Assembly (NCBI GenBank): GCA_017984135.1
Contig: JAGNZZ010000006.1
Location: 18,436-82,435, forward strand
DNA: 64,000 bases
Reading direction: 5' to 3'
DNA from: Chitinophagales bacterium
Lineage (GTDB): Bacteria > Bacteroidota > Bacteroidia > Chitinophagales > JADIYW01
The notes under the pieces are model-generated. The model had not been told where the DNA came from. It was given only the letters and a program-made list of their open reading frames with translations, and did not search any database. Numbering within the stretch: position 1 is the first letter of the stretch; the number at the start of each line of letters is the position of its first letter. Below are positions 27,290 to 37,433 of this stretch, one piece after another. Position numbers and translations under genes: made by a program.

Positions 27290-27670
27290 TTATAAATCTT
27301 TGAATTTATCAATTTCACGTCTATCCTTTTTAGTAGGTCGCCCAATTCCTTTATCTCTAACTTCGTAAAAAATTGAAGGAAATTTGAGCTTATCTTTTTC
27401 TTCAGGTGGCGTTAAATCTTCATAACACTCCATGGCAACAGGCGCTCCAACTCGTTTTTCAATTAATTTAGTGACTTTAACGATGCTTTTTTCACCTTGT
27501 TTATGGAGATGAATAGTTTGTCCCACTTTAAGCATGTAGGAAGCCTTCACCGCATCTCCATCAATTTTTATTCTTCCAGACGTACATGCTTCACTGGCTA
27601 AACTGCGTGTTTTATAGAGTCGTACAGACCAAAGCCATTTATCTATTCTTATTTTGATGGGTTCTGACAT
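27290..27670 (-). CDS. S4-domain RNA-binding protein (Hsp15/HslR-like)
   Basis: MSEPIKIRIDKWLWSVRLYKTRSLASEACTSGRIKIDG. The track ORF extends 66 codons upstream, across the divergent gene, so the ATG at 27670 is preferred. Confidence 0.85.
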   Translation of the reverse strand: MSEPIKIRIDKWLWSVRLYKTRSLASEACTSGRIKIDGDAVKASYMLKVGQTIHLHKQGEKSIVKVTKLIEKRVGAPVAMECYEDLTPPEEKDKLKFPSIFYEVRDKGIGRPTKKDRREIDKFKDL

Positions 27671-27734
27671 TTTTGGCAAAATATTTGTATTTATTTTTAC
27701 AATTAGTGTAATTTTAAACAAATTTCTTTTTTGA

Positions 27735-28184
27735 ATGAAGTATTTTTTAATTTTTATAAGCATAGTGGCATTAAACGGGCTGATTTTTGCAAAGAAGCCA
27801 CCCAAAACTAAAACGCCTAAGCCTAAACCGGGCGAATGGATTGTACCGACCAAAGCAAGTGTTCCCAAAATTATTTTTGGTCATTGGATTTGGCAAGAAA
27901 CGGATTGTTGTGGCATTCGACACGGTTATACCAATCCGGCAAATACCAATGATAGCATCTCATTAATTTTAAATATTGACAATACCTTTTTAGAAACGCA
28001 TACAAAAACAAATGCTTTACCTAGAAATGGCAGTGTTATTATGTTTAAAGAAAATGAGTATGACTTGATACAATTTAACGATGAACGACCTGCTCGTTAT
28101 ACAATTTCAGACAACAATGACACCTTGAAGTTAAGTTGGAAACATTTGGAATTGCAAGCAGAGAAATATGTTCGTAAAAAGTAA
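27735..28184 (+). CDS. Secreted hypothetical protein (149 aa)
   Basis: Signal peptide followed by a KPPKTKTPKPKP linker. No family recognised. Confidence 0.55.
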   Translation: MKYFLIFISIVALNGLIFAKKPPKTKTPKPKPGEWIVPTKASVPKIIFGHWIWQETDCCGIRHGYTNPANTNDSISLILNIDNTFLETHTKTNALPRNGSVIMFKENEYDLIQFNDERPARYTISDNNDTLKLSWKHLELQAEKYVRKK

Positions 28185-28208
28185 TAACGGCTTTTTAAAA
28201 AATACAAA

Positions 28209-29330
28209 TTATTTCGCATTCATAACTTCCTGAATGCACCATAGCGTTTCATCTATTTCTGCTAGTGTAGTATATTTTCCTAGGCTGAACCGAATGGAAT
28301 TTTCGGCTTGAGATTTACTGAGTTTCATGGCAGTCAATACATGTGATGGTAAATTTTGTGCAGAAGTGCAAGCAGAACCTGTGGCTATAGCGATTTTAGT
28401 TTTTGTTTCTCGTATAAAATCAACAGCTTTGAAAGGAAAAATAATGTTGGATGTATTGGGCAATCGTTTGGATTGAAATCCATTTATGGTGATTTTATTG
28501 CCATATTTTCCTAACAATTGTTGTTCAAAGTAATCACGCAAATTTTTGATTTCATTTGTATATGTGATGAGCTGACATGCTTTCGCCAATCCAATTATAG
28601 AAGGCACATTTAGTGTACCACTACGCCAGCCTCGTTCGTGTCCACCACCATGTATAATGGGTTCTAGCATAACACGTGGGTTTTTTCGACGAATATACAT
28701 AGCACCAATTCCTTTGGGTCCATATAATTTATGAGCCGAGATACACATCATGTCTATACCTTCATTTTGTACATCAATCGAAATTTTTCCTATTGCCTGT
28801 GTGGTATCGCAAAAAAAAATAGTATTATTTGCATGTACTATTTTTGCTATTTCCGAAACATTTTGAATCACACCTGTTTCATTATTGGCATACATAATGG
28901 CCACTAAAATAGTTTTATCTGTAATGGCATTTTCTAATTCTTGTAAATTTATTAATCCGTTTTCATCTACTTTTAAAGAAGTAATGATTGCGCCTTTTTT
29001 TTCTAAAAAACTACACGTATCCAATACGGCTTTATGTTCCGTTTCGCAAGTAATAATATGATTTCCTTTGTGCTGATATAGGTTAAATATGCCTTTTAAT
29101 GCTAGGTTGATGGCTTCAGTACTTCCGGAAGTGAAGATAATTTCTTGTGTTTCTGCATGAATGGTTTGGGCAACGATAGCGCGCGCTTCTTCCACGGCAT
29201 TTTTTGCTTGCATACCTAATAAGTGCGTACTGCTGGCGGCATTGCCAAATTTCTCATTAAAATAAGGCAACATTGAATTAATTACTGTTTGGTCAACCGG
29301 TGTGGTAGCATTATAATCTAAGTATATCAC
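28209..29330 (-). CDS. Cysteine desulfurase (class V aminotransferase, NifS/IscS-like)
   Basis: PLP-lysine context SAHKLYGPKGIG and active-site loop ATGSACTS. Confidence 0.88.
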   Translation of the reverse strand: MIYLDYNATTPVDQTVINSMLPYFNEKFGNAASSTHLLGMQAKNAVEEARAIVAQTIHAETQEIIFTSGSTEAINLALKGIFNLYQHKGNHIITCETEHKAVLDTCSFLEKKGAIITSLKVDENGLINLQELENAITDKTILVAIMYANNETGVIQNVSEIAKIVHANNTIFFCDTTQAIGKISIDVQNEGIDMMCISAHKLYGPKGIGAMYIRRKNPRVMLEPIIHGGGHERGWRSGTLNVPSIIGLAKACQLITYTNEIKNLRDYFEQQLLGKYGNKITINGFQSKRLPNTSNIIFPFKAVDFIRETKTKIAIATGSACTSAQNLPSHVLTAMKLSKSQAENSIRFSLGKYTTLAEIDETLWCIQEVMNAK

Positions 29331-29444
29331 ATTTTAAAATTAGGAATAAAAGATGGTAATTTTTGATAAAATGCACAATGTTTTTATTTGGTTAACTTAT
29401 CTATCCAACCTATAAAAAAATGAGATTAAATACTACATTGTTGC

Positions 29445-29849
29445 ATGAAAAAAATTGACCACATTGGGATTGCTGTGAAAGATTTGGATGCTTCTGTAAA
29501 ATTATTTTCAAAATTGTTTAATAAAAAACCATTTCATCAAGAAGAAGTTTTAAGTGAAAAGTTAGATGTTTCCTTTTTTGACTTAGGTGATACAAAAGTT
29601 GAGCTTATGCAGGCACATACAACTGAAAGTAAAGTCTATAAATATTTAGAAAAAAAAGGGGAAGGCATTCATCATGTATGTTTTGAAGTGCAAGATATTT
29701 ATGCTGAAATGCAACGATTAAAAGCGGAAGGATTTCAACCGCTAACGGAAGAACCATACCTTGGTGCTTTGAATAAATTAGTTTGTTTTTTTCATCCAAA
29801 AACTACGAATGGCATTTTAATTGAATTGTGTCAAAAGCAACAAGAATAA
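29445..29849 (+). CDS. mce: Methylmalonyl-CoA epimerase (VOC family)
   Basis: IDHIGIAVKDL...GIHHVCFEV.DI...LIEL, 134 aa. Confidence 0.85.
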   Translation: MKKIDHIGIAVKDLDASVKLFSKLFNKKPFHQEEVLSEKLDVSFFDLGDTKVELMQAHTTESKVYKYLEKKGEGIHHVCFEVQDIYAEMQRLKAEGFQPLTEEPYLGALNKLVCFFHPKTTNGILIELCQKQQE

Positions 29850-29854
29850 CACCA

Positions 29855-32212
29855 CTATTTTGTGGAATAGTTTTCAGCACCACCAGTTATTTGTAATAAT
29901 AATTTGTTGTTAAATACATTTCCCATTTGAGAATATTTTATAGGTAAAATTTGTTTACCGTTTTTGTCTAAAAGTCCGTTTTTGTTGGAAAATCCAGCAT
30001 TAAGGTATCCATTTTTACAATTTCCGATGGTTTCATATTTGAAATCTGTCAACTCGTTTCCATTCTTAGAAATCAAAGCCCATTTCCCATTTTTTTTAGC
30101 CCAAGCGACACCTTCATTCAAAGAAGAAATTTCTTGATATTTAAAATCAATAAGTACTTTTCCGTTGCCATCTATTAACCCATAATTTGTACCTTTTTGA
30201 ACCGGAAAAGTAGCATTATTTGGATTGATGGCGTTATTGTACACCTCAGATGTTCGCTTATCTTTTTTATTAATGACATAAAATTCATTGCCATTTTTCA
30301 CCATAGCATAACCACTGTAAAAAGGTGAAACCGCATCATACTTAAAGTCGATCATTGTTTTTCCAGTTGTATCGATAAACCCATATTTATTGCCATTTTT
30401 TACGACGGCTAATCCATCAGAGAAATCACCAGCATAGTCGTATTTCATCTCATTTATTTTATTTCCCGATTTGTCTATATAATAGAACTTGGCAGTAGAT
30501 AAATCTTTTATGGTAGCTCTTCCGTATTTAAAATCGGTTGCTTCTGTTGCATTGGAAATAGTAATAGCATATTTTCCTTGTTTATTATAATAATATCTCG
30601 TATTTCCATAAGTTGCTTTAGCCTTGGCTAAGCCTTCTTTAAATGGACCTTCATAAGTATCTGTAATATTGGAAATTTTTGCAAAATTTCTATCTACTAA
30701 ATAGGGTGTACTATAAGTGGATTCTTGTACAATGGCTATTCCTTCTGAAAATTCTCGAATAGAAGTATAGGTTTTGGCATTTAGTTTTTCACCATTAATA
30801 TCACAAAAATCATAATTTGATTTTTTGCCTATAAAAATACCATCTTCATTAAAATCACCTACTTCTGTATATTCTAAAATTTTCATTTTTTTCGTTAGAA
30901 TGTCATATAAATAGGTGCTACTAGAATTGGTAATTTTTATAGAATCATCGCTGTTAAAAAACGAAGTGCCATATTGCGTGATATTAGGTATTGCTAAAGT
31001 TTTAATGAGTTTTCCTTGTTGCGTATAAATTTTCACCTCTTCTTTTCGAATAACCGCTACTTTATCTTTCGTTCCAAAAACTATATTTTCAGCAAGCTGT
31101 TCCGGCACAATGACTTTCAAGTTTTTATCTACGATAGTGTAATATTTATCTTTTCTCAAATAAGATAATTCATTGGAAAAGGTATAAATATAATCGTAGT
31201 CAACTGTGGTACGTTTAAGCAAGTTTTGGTCGTACAAATTGTATTTATAATTTTTCTGAACTTCAATAAAATTCGTACCATATTTATTTGTGATATTGTT
31301 GTATTCAACTGGCAATACTGCTTTACCTTGATGGTCTAAAATACCGTATCGAGAGGTTGCTAAATAAGATTCTTTCTTTTTTTCAGCAACAATAAAATAA
31401 TTATCTGTAAAACTAATTTCATCGTATTTAAGTGGAACAATTATCTTTCCGGTTTTATCTATTACACCTTTACTTTTTGAATCTAAATCATAATTTTTGG
31501 GATTTGATACAATGGCAAAATTCCCTTTAAATGTTTCGCCACTCAAAAATGTTGGTTCCGCTATCCACTTATCTTGTTTATTGATATAGCCATACTTTAA
31601 AGAATCTACTAAAGACACACAGGCTAAGCCACTACTAAATGTTGTTACGCTTCTATATTTAGGAGCAATTATAGTTTTGTTATTTTTATCAATGTAGCCA
31701 TAATATTTTCTATCTTGACTAAAACAAATTAAACCATCTCCAATTTCTCCTAAATAATTGTATTCTAGATGCACCAATATTTTTCCATTTTTATCAATAA
31801 CACCATATTTAGTTTTGCCTTGTTCATCATCTTTCGTTACAATAGCCATATTTTCTTTAAATGTTGAAATAAACTTATATTTAAACTCCACCATAAACTT
31901 ATTGCTTTGCATATCATAAAGTCCATATCTTTTTAACGTGTCTTGTACAATGAGGATATGATCTATCTTAGCATCTATTAAGGTTTTATACTGCATCGGT
32001 AAGATAAATTTCTTCGTTTTCTCATTATACAAACCATATCTGTATTCTGTAGTAGTGGTATAATATGAATTTGATTTCGCTTGAAAAGTATAATATGCAG
32101 CAACAAAAGAGTTTCCAAATTTGGTGCTCAAATTAAAATCTTTTTGCGCAAACAACATGGTGCTGAAAGCTATAAAACTTATTAAAATGCCGGTTTTTCT
32201 CATGGTTTTCAA
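29855..32212 (-). CDS. Secreted WG-repeat (KWG-type) protein, 785 aa
   Basis: Signal peptide and more than 15 units of the ..YG(L/Y/F)ID..GK..I...Y.. type. Confidence 0.8.
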   Translation of the reverse strand: MKTMRKTGILISFIAFSTMLFAQKDFNLSTKFGNSFVAAYYTFQAKSNSYYTTTTEYRYGLYNEKTKKFILPMQYKTLIDAKIDHILIVQDTLKRYGLYDMQSNKFMVEFKYKFISTFKENMAIVTKDDEQGKTKYGVIDKNGKILVHLEYNYLGEIGDGLICFSQDRKYYGYIDKNNKTIIAPKYRSVTTFSSGLACVSLVDSLKYGYINKQDKWIAEPTFLSGETFKGNFAIVSNPKNYDLDSKSKGVIDKTGKIIVPLKYDEISFTDNYFIVAEKKKESYLATSRYGILDHQGKAVLPVEYNNITNKYGTNFIEVQKNYKYNLYDQNLLKRTTVDYDYIYTFSNELSYLRKDKYYTIVDKNLKVIVPEQLAENIVFGTKDKVAVIRKEEVKIYTQQGKLIKTLAIPNITQYGTSFFNSDDSIKITNSSSTYLYDILTKKMKILEYTEVGDFNEDGIFIGKKSNYDFCDINGEKLNAKTYTSIREFSEGIAIVQESTYSTPYLVDRNFAKISNITDTYEGPFKEGLAKAKATYGNTRYYYNKQGKYAITISNATEATDFKYGRATIKDLSTAKFYYIDKSGNKINEMKYDYAGDFSDGLAVVKNGNKYGFIDTTGKTMIDFKYDAVSPFYSGYAMVKNGNEFYVINKKDKRTSEVYNNAINPNNATFPVQKGTNYGLIDGNGKVLIDFKYQEISSLNEGVAWAKKNGKWALISKNGNELTDFKYETIGNCKNGYLNAGFSNKNGLLDKNGKQILPIKYSQMGNVFNNKLLLQITGGAENYSTK

Positions 32213-32294
32213 TTTATCCGTAATTTATATCAATTTATGTACCAATAAAATACGTGATTTTTGGTATATGGATGTCAATTTAGGTTAAATAAAA

Positions 32295-32321
32295 ATACCG
32301 TAGTTTTTAAAACTACGGTAT
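32295..32321 (-). terminator. Rho-independent terminator after the S8 peptidase gene
   Basis: ATACCGTAGTT..AACTACGGTAT stem of 11-13 bp, with a T-rich run on the minus strand. Confidence 0.8.
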
Positions 32322-32346
32322 CAAGATAGTAATTAAATTTCTTCGT

Positions 32347-34721
32347 TTAATTATTGATTATTAATTGCTGCGAACTGATGCCATTCTTGTTGATGACTTT
32401 AATGTAATAAACACCATTGTTCAATGCTGGAATATCTAATTTTTCTTTAGTAATTTTACTACCTGATTTTTGTACTACAATCGTATTTTGTGCATCTACT
32501 AATTGTATAGATGAATTTTCAAAATCTATGGCTACACCTTTGTCTGATGTTAGTTCTAAAGTAAGTGAATTATTTACAGATGCTGGATTTGGATATACTT
32601 TTAATTGCTGTGCTATTGGTGGTGTAGATGTTTGTCTTAAGCTTGTACATAAGGTATTGCCTGCTAAGAAGCAATACGTTTCTTCTATAGAACCACATGC
32701 ATTACTTATTGTACGTTTTAGAGTAATTGTTTGATTAGGTGCTTTTAGCAATACTTTTACATAATTGTTATAACCACTCCAAGCAACGTTTGCTGGATAT
32801 GAGTATAATTTTTGCCATGTTACAGTACCGTTATATGCATCCGATGTACTGTAAAAACTATATTGGCTTGGTGAATAACAAGTGATATTGCAATCTTCCA
32901 TAGATGCTAAAGGATAGGTAGTACCACCTGATGGAAATAAGACGTATGGGTTGCCTACGTTGATAGATTTTTGTGCTACAAATGTTGTACAATTGCTAAT
33001 AGTTGCAGTTATTGTAAATAAAAAATTATTATTGGAAGTTCTAGTTACCGTTATTGAGTTTCCGTTATTAACTACATTTACATAATTGCTATAATTTGCT
33101 GGACTAAAGCTCCATATTACACTTGCACCAGTTCCATTTGGAACATTTGTTGTAAATGTCTGTGTATTATTATTACATATTGAACCCACTCCACTAATAG
33201 TTAATGAATTGCCACCCATCTGTGCAAGAGCAACAGCTCTACATGCATCAACTCTCCCATAACCAAATGTATTATCAAAACCGATAGCACCCATATCTGT
33301 AGCTGTTTGTTGTAATATGGTTCTCACTTGTGTTTCTGTTAAATTTGGATTTACGGATAGCATTAATGCCGCAACACCAGATACCTGTGGACATGCCGCA
33401 GATGTACCACCAAATGTATTCATATAGTTAGTGTTATAATATCCATTATTACCCATTCTATCTGTGGTTCTTACGTCTCCATTCAAATTTGTATTTCCCG
33501 AAGGTGCAACTAAGTCCATTGAAGAACCAGTACAACTATATGGCCAAATAACACCTGTATTTTTTATTGAACCAACAGTAACCACTCCATTTACATTAGC
33601 TGGGTATCTAACGTCGCTACTTGCATTGCCAGAAGAAAAAACAACTATTGTACCTAACCCATTTCGACCAGCAGTACGCGCAGTGTTAATTGCATTTGTT
33701 ATCGCATCAAAACCAATTGGCGAAGATGTATTATAACTCCAAGAATTACTAATAACTGAAGCTTGACCAGCATTCCAAGCCCAATTAATTCCATTTGCAA
33801 TATCATTTACTGTCTCATTTCCAAAAAATATATTTACAGGAACAATATTACAATTTGGACATATTCCTGCCATCCCTAAATTATTATCATTCGTTGCTGC
33901 TATTATACCAGTACAACCAACCCCATGGCCACAAGGAGTATTACCACACAAACTCCAACTGGTCTTCCATTACCATTAATTGGGTCTCTAGGTGTGAATC
34001 CATTTTGAACTCTTCCTAAAAAATCCTCGTGGTCTTCTACTCCGTCGTCAATTACAGCTACTCTAGTATTAGAATTACCGTTCGTAATACCCCAAGCTCC
34101 ATTTACTTTTATATCAATTCCAATTGTGCCACTAAATTGTCCAGTGTTTTCTAAATAATACTGGTTTTTATATAAAGGATCATTTGTATTTTTTTCTATA
34201 TCTAAAATAAAATTAGGATGACACCATTTAGTTAATTTTGACTCGTAAAGGATGTTTGCAATATCAAAAACCTCTTCGATGTTTTTCACTTTAAGTGTAA
34301 TATAAGAATATTCATCTTGTTTAATAAATACAAGTCGATTCTCTAAACCTAGAGAATAAATTATTCTTTGTATATTTTGATTTTCATTTAACATTAGTAT
34401 TATTTCGTTTGTAGGAACAATAACACTATAATCTAGTTTCAACAAATTTCCATAATATAATATTTGATTGCTGGATAAAAAATCATTATTTTTTATGTTT
34501 TCTTTTGAAACAATTATGATATTTTGGTTTTCTAAAACAGTATCAACCCTTGAAAAACTTTCACTAATAATACTTCCAATATTATTTTGAAATTTTAGCA
34601 TTAATTTTGTAGAGTCTTCAGATAAATACTGCTTAGTATTATTTGAGTAATAAAATTTTTCCTTTCCATGTAAATTCATAAAAAAGGAATAAGAAATAAC
34701 AAAAAATATTATCTTTTTCAT
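32347..34721 (-). pseudogene. T9SS-sorted subtilisin-like (S8) serine peptidase split by a 1-nt frameshift near 33945-33969
   Basis: The upstream ORF (to 33903) carries the signal peptide, pro-region and catalytic Asp box VAVIDDGV. The downstream ORF carries the His box CGHGVGCTGIIAA, the Ser box GGTSAACPQVSG, two beta-rich repeats and a Por-type C-terminal sorting domain (..LKVYPNPA..GVYYIKV..). The two frames overlap at ..GNGRP / SWSLCGNTPCGHG. Confidence 0.8.
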
Positions 34722-34768
34722 TTTATAGCTTTTAAGGTTAGAAAATGTAAGCAACCTTAAAACTCATT

Positions 34769-35146
34769 CTATTTTTCTGAAAATAAAGACACATTATATA
34801 TGTCCTTGAAAATGCGAATTCTATCCGATAAGCATAATGATGTATTTATACTATCATCGCTTGGGTAATCTTGAACTTTAAATTGTATTTTTAAGTTGTT
34901 AATTTGAAATTCAGGATTCAATGTAGTTGTGTAAAAGCTATCAGCTTCTTGACCAGAAATTGAATTAACTTTCTTGTCATTTAGCAACTTTATAATGTAG
35001 GTCGGATTTCCTAATGATGAATTTCCACAACCACTATGTGCACCGCTCACAATTCCGGTATATATTGATGTTTCTCTATTGTTTTTAGTGCATGAAATAA
35101 ACACAAAAACTAAGAAGATTGTTATAGTTAATTTTTTAGTTTTCAT
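34769..35146 (-). CDS. Small lipoprotein (125 aa), unknown function, immediately upstream of the S8 peptidase gene
   Basis: Lipobox VFVFISC; same strand, 47 nt from the peptidase start. Confidence 0.6.
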   Translation of the reverse strand: MKTKKLTITIFLVFVFISCTKNNRETSIYTGIVSGAHSGCGNSSLGNPTYIIKLLNDKKVNSISGQEADSFYTTTLNPEFQINNLKIQFKVQDYPSDDSINTSLCLSDRIRIFKDIYNVSLFSEK

Positions 35147-35386
35147 TATTGATATTTTAAGTTATAGATTGTACATAAATATAAAGATTAATTCCATTGG
35201 TGGACTTCTATCTGCATATATTACTGTATTTGACAAATAATTGTACATAAAGGTTGCTTACTCATGTAAATATATACAAATTATTTTAAATAAAAATAAA
35301 AAAAATACAATTTATCTGCAATTTTAATATAATGTTATGTAAAATAATGTGTAATAATTTCATTCTCAAATTAGTATTTCTACAAC

Positions 35387-35394
35387 TATCTTTG
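35387..35394 (+). promoter_or_regulatory. -7 box TATCTTTG, 5 nt upstream of the glyQS ATG
   Basis: Exact TAnnTTTG. Confidence 0.5.
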
Positions 35395-35399
35395 CAATT

Positions 35400-36920
35400 A
35401 TGGCAGAGATAGACTTACAACGAATAGTTTCGCATTGCAAAGAATACGGATTTATTTTCCCATCGAGTGAAATTTACGACAACTTAGGTGCGGTATATGA
35501 TTATGGTCCTTTTGGGGCAGAACTTAAAAATCACATCAAAGAATATTGGTGGAAAAGTATGGTGCAAATGCATGAAAATATAGTAGGCATTGATGCCGCT
35601 ATTTTTATGCATCCAACCACTTGGAAAGCCAGTGGGCACGTAGATTCTTTTTCCGATCCATTAATCGACAATAAAGATTCTAAAAAGCGATACAGAGCCG
35701 ATGTTTTGTTGGAAGAAAAAATAGATAAGTTAAAAGAAAAGGGCGAAAAAGAATTAGCCAAGAAAAATTTATTGCAAGCAAGCGAAGAAGAAAAAGCCAA
35801 AGCCTCTCGAGATTATGCTAAAGGGTTAACGTTAGAAAATGAATACCAAAAAGCGGCAGCAGCAGCAGATTTTAAACGCTATAAAGAATTGATTGAAGAA
35901 TATGAAATTGCATGTGAGGTTTCCGGCTCTAAAAACTGGACCGATGTTCGTCAATTTAATTTGATGTTCAACACGCAATTAGGTTCAGTTGCCGAAGAAT
36001 CAAATACGATTTATTTGCGACCAGAAACGGCACAAGGTATTTTTGTCAACTTTTTGAATGTGCAAAAAACGGCAAGAATGAAAATTCCATTTGGTATTGC
36101 ACAAATAGGAAAAGCATTTAGGAATGAGATTGTTGCTCGACAATTTATTTTCCGTATGCGCGAGTTTGAACAAATGGAAATGCAGTTTTTTGTTCGTCCT
36201 GGAACTCAAAAAGAATGGTTTGACAAATGGAAACAAACAAGATTAAAATGGCATTTAGCATTAGGCACTTCGGCGGAAAAATTGCGCTTTCACGTTCATG
36301 AAAAATTAGCACATTACGCAGATGCTGCCGAAGATATTCAATTCCGATTTCCAATCGGATTTAAAGAATTAGAAGGCATACACTCGCGAACCGATTTTGA
36401 CTTGAGTGAACATCAAAAATATTCCGGAAAAAAATTACAATATTTCGATTCTGAACTCAACCAAAATTATGTGCCTTATGTCATTGAAACGTCTATTGGA
36501 TTGGACAGAATGTTCTTGCGTATATTGAGCGATTCACTCAAAGAAGAAACGTTGGAAAATGGCGAAACCCGAACTGTTCTCAATCTTCCACCGGCATTAG
36601 CGCCGATAAAAGTGGCCGTTTTACCTTTAGTAAAAAAAGATGGCTTACCAGAAAAAGCTCGTGAAATCATCGACATACTTAAATTTGTAGGCAGAACTTT
36701 TTACGAAGAAAAAGATTCCATAGGAAAACGATACAGACGAATGGATGCTATTGGAACGCCTTATTGTATTACAGTGGATCACCAAACGTTGGAAGATAAT
36801 ACCGTAACAATTCGTGAGCGCGACACAATGCAACAAGATAGAATTGCCATTGCAGATATAGAAAAAATTGTTGGCACAAAAGTGGATATGAATCATTTAC
36901 TGCGAAATGCATTAGCCTAA
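35400..36920 (+). CDS. glyQS: Glycine--tRNA ligase (dimeric class II type)
   Basis: ..YGFIFPSSEIYDNLGAVYDYGPFG..LRPETAQGIF.NF...IAQIGKAFRNE...GLDR. Confidence 0.94.
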   Translation: MAEIDLQRIVSHCKEYGFIFPSSEIYDNLGAVYDYGPFGAELKNHIKEYWWKSMVQMHENIVGIDAAIFMHPTTWKASGHVDSFSDPLIDNKDSKKRYRADVLLEEKIDKLKEKGEKELAKKNLLQASEEEKAKASRDYAKGLTLENEYQKAAAAADFKRYKELIEEYEIACEVSGSKNWTDVRQFNLMFNTQLGSVAEESNTIYLRPETAQGIFVNFLNVQKTARMKIPFGIAQIGKAFRNEIVARQFIFRMREFEQMEMQFFVRPGTQKEWFDKWKQTRLKWHLALGTSAEKLRFHVHEKLAHYADAAEDIQFRFPIGFKELEGIHSRTDFDLSEHQKYSGKKLQYFDSELNQNYVPYVIETSIGLDRMFLRILSDSLKEETLENGETRTVLNLPPALAPIKVAVLPLVKKDGLPEKAREIIDILKFVGRTFYEEKDSIGKRYRRMDAIGTPYCITVDHQTLEDNTVTIRERDTMQQDRIAIADIEKIVGTKVDMNHLLRNALA

Positions 36921-36953
36921 ATCCATTGACTTATTAAGAAAGTTTTTACCATA

Positions 36954-37394
36954 ATGATTTTGTTTAACTTGGCTATTTATACAAGCTTAGCAGGAAATCC
37001 TTATGTGCAAGGCAATTGGAAAGGAAGATTAATTTCCAACTATTTAGATGCCTATAATAAAAACGGATTGCCGGTAAGTTTGTATTTAATGGACGACAAA
37101 GCAGACGGAAATTTAGTAGGCGAAATGACAATTCGTTATCGATATCAAGAAGATGTTTACAGTGCCAAATACAAAGTAAGCGGAAAAATAGATTACAGTT
37201 CCTACAAATTTAATCTTACTCAAACAGAAATTATTTTTGGCGATGTACTTCCTAAAGGATTACAATGGTGTGCTGGAAAGTCTGACAATTTAGGCATTTA
37301 TCGGAGCTCCAATATTAAACGCTTTTATATAGATGGCATTTTCGAAACAGTATGCAACGAACGCTATCGATTAGTTTTATTCAAATCAAAATGA
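36954..37394 (+). CDS. Hypothetical protein (146 aa)
   Basis: ORF only; no family recognised. Confidence 0.45.
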   Translation: MILFNLAIYTSLAGNPYVQGNWKGRLISNYLDAYNKNGLPVSLYLMDDKADGNLVGEMTIRYRYQEDVYSAKYKVSGKIDYSSYKFNLTQTEIIFGDVLPKGLQWCAGKSDNLGIYRSSNIKRFYIDGIFETVCNERYRLVLFKSK

Positions 37395-37433
37395 ACTTAA
37401 AATAAATGCGTATATTTATTTAAAGTTCAACTT

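Noticed and set aside
27671-27868. 66-codon N-terminal extension of the S4-domain protein ORF, overlapping the divergent gene at 27735
   Set aside because: The conserved S4-domain protein begins at MSEPIKIRIDKW (ATG 27670). The extension is read-through of the intergenic region and of the opposite-strand gene.
33900-33945. Apparently unusual Cys-rich His box (CGHGVGCTGIIAA) in the S8 peptidase
   Set aside because: Variants such as HGT.CAG occur in many subtilases, so this is within normal family variation.
35147-35399. Possible T-box or other leader upstream of glyQS
   Set aside because: A -7 box sits 5 nt from the ATG, leaving no room for a leader. T-box elements are not expected in this phylum.
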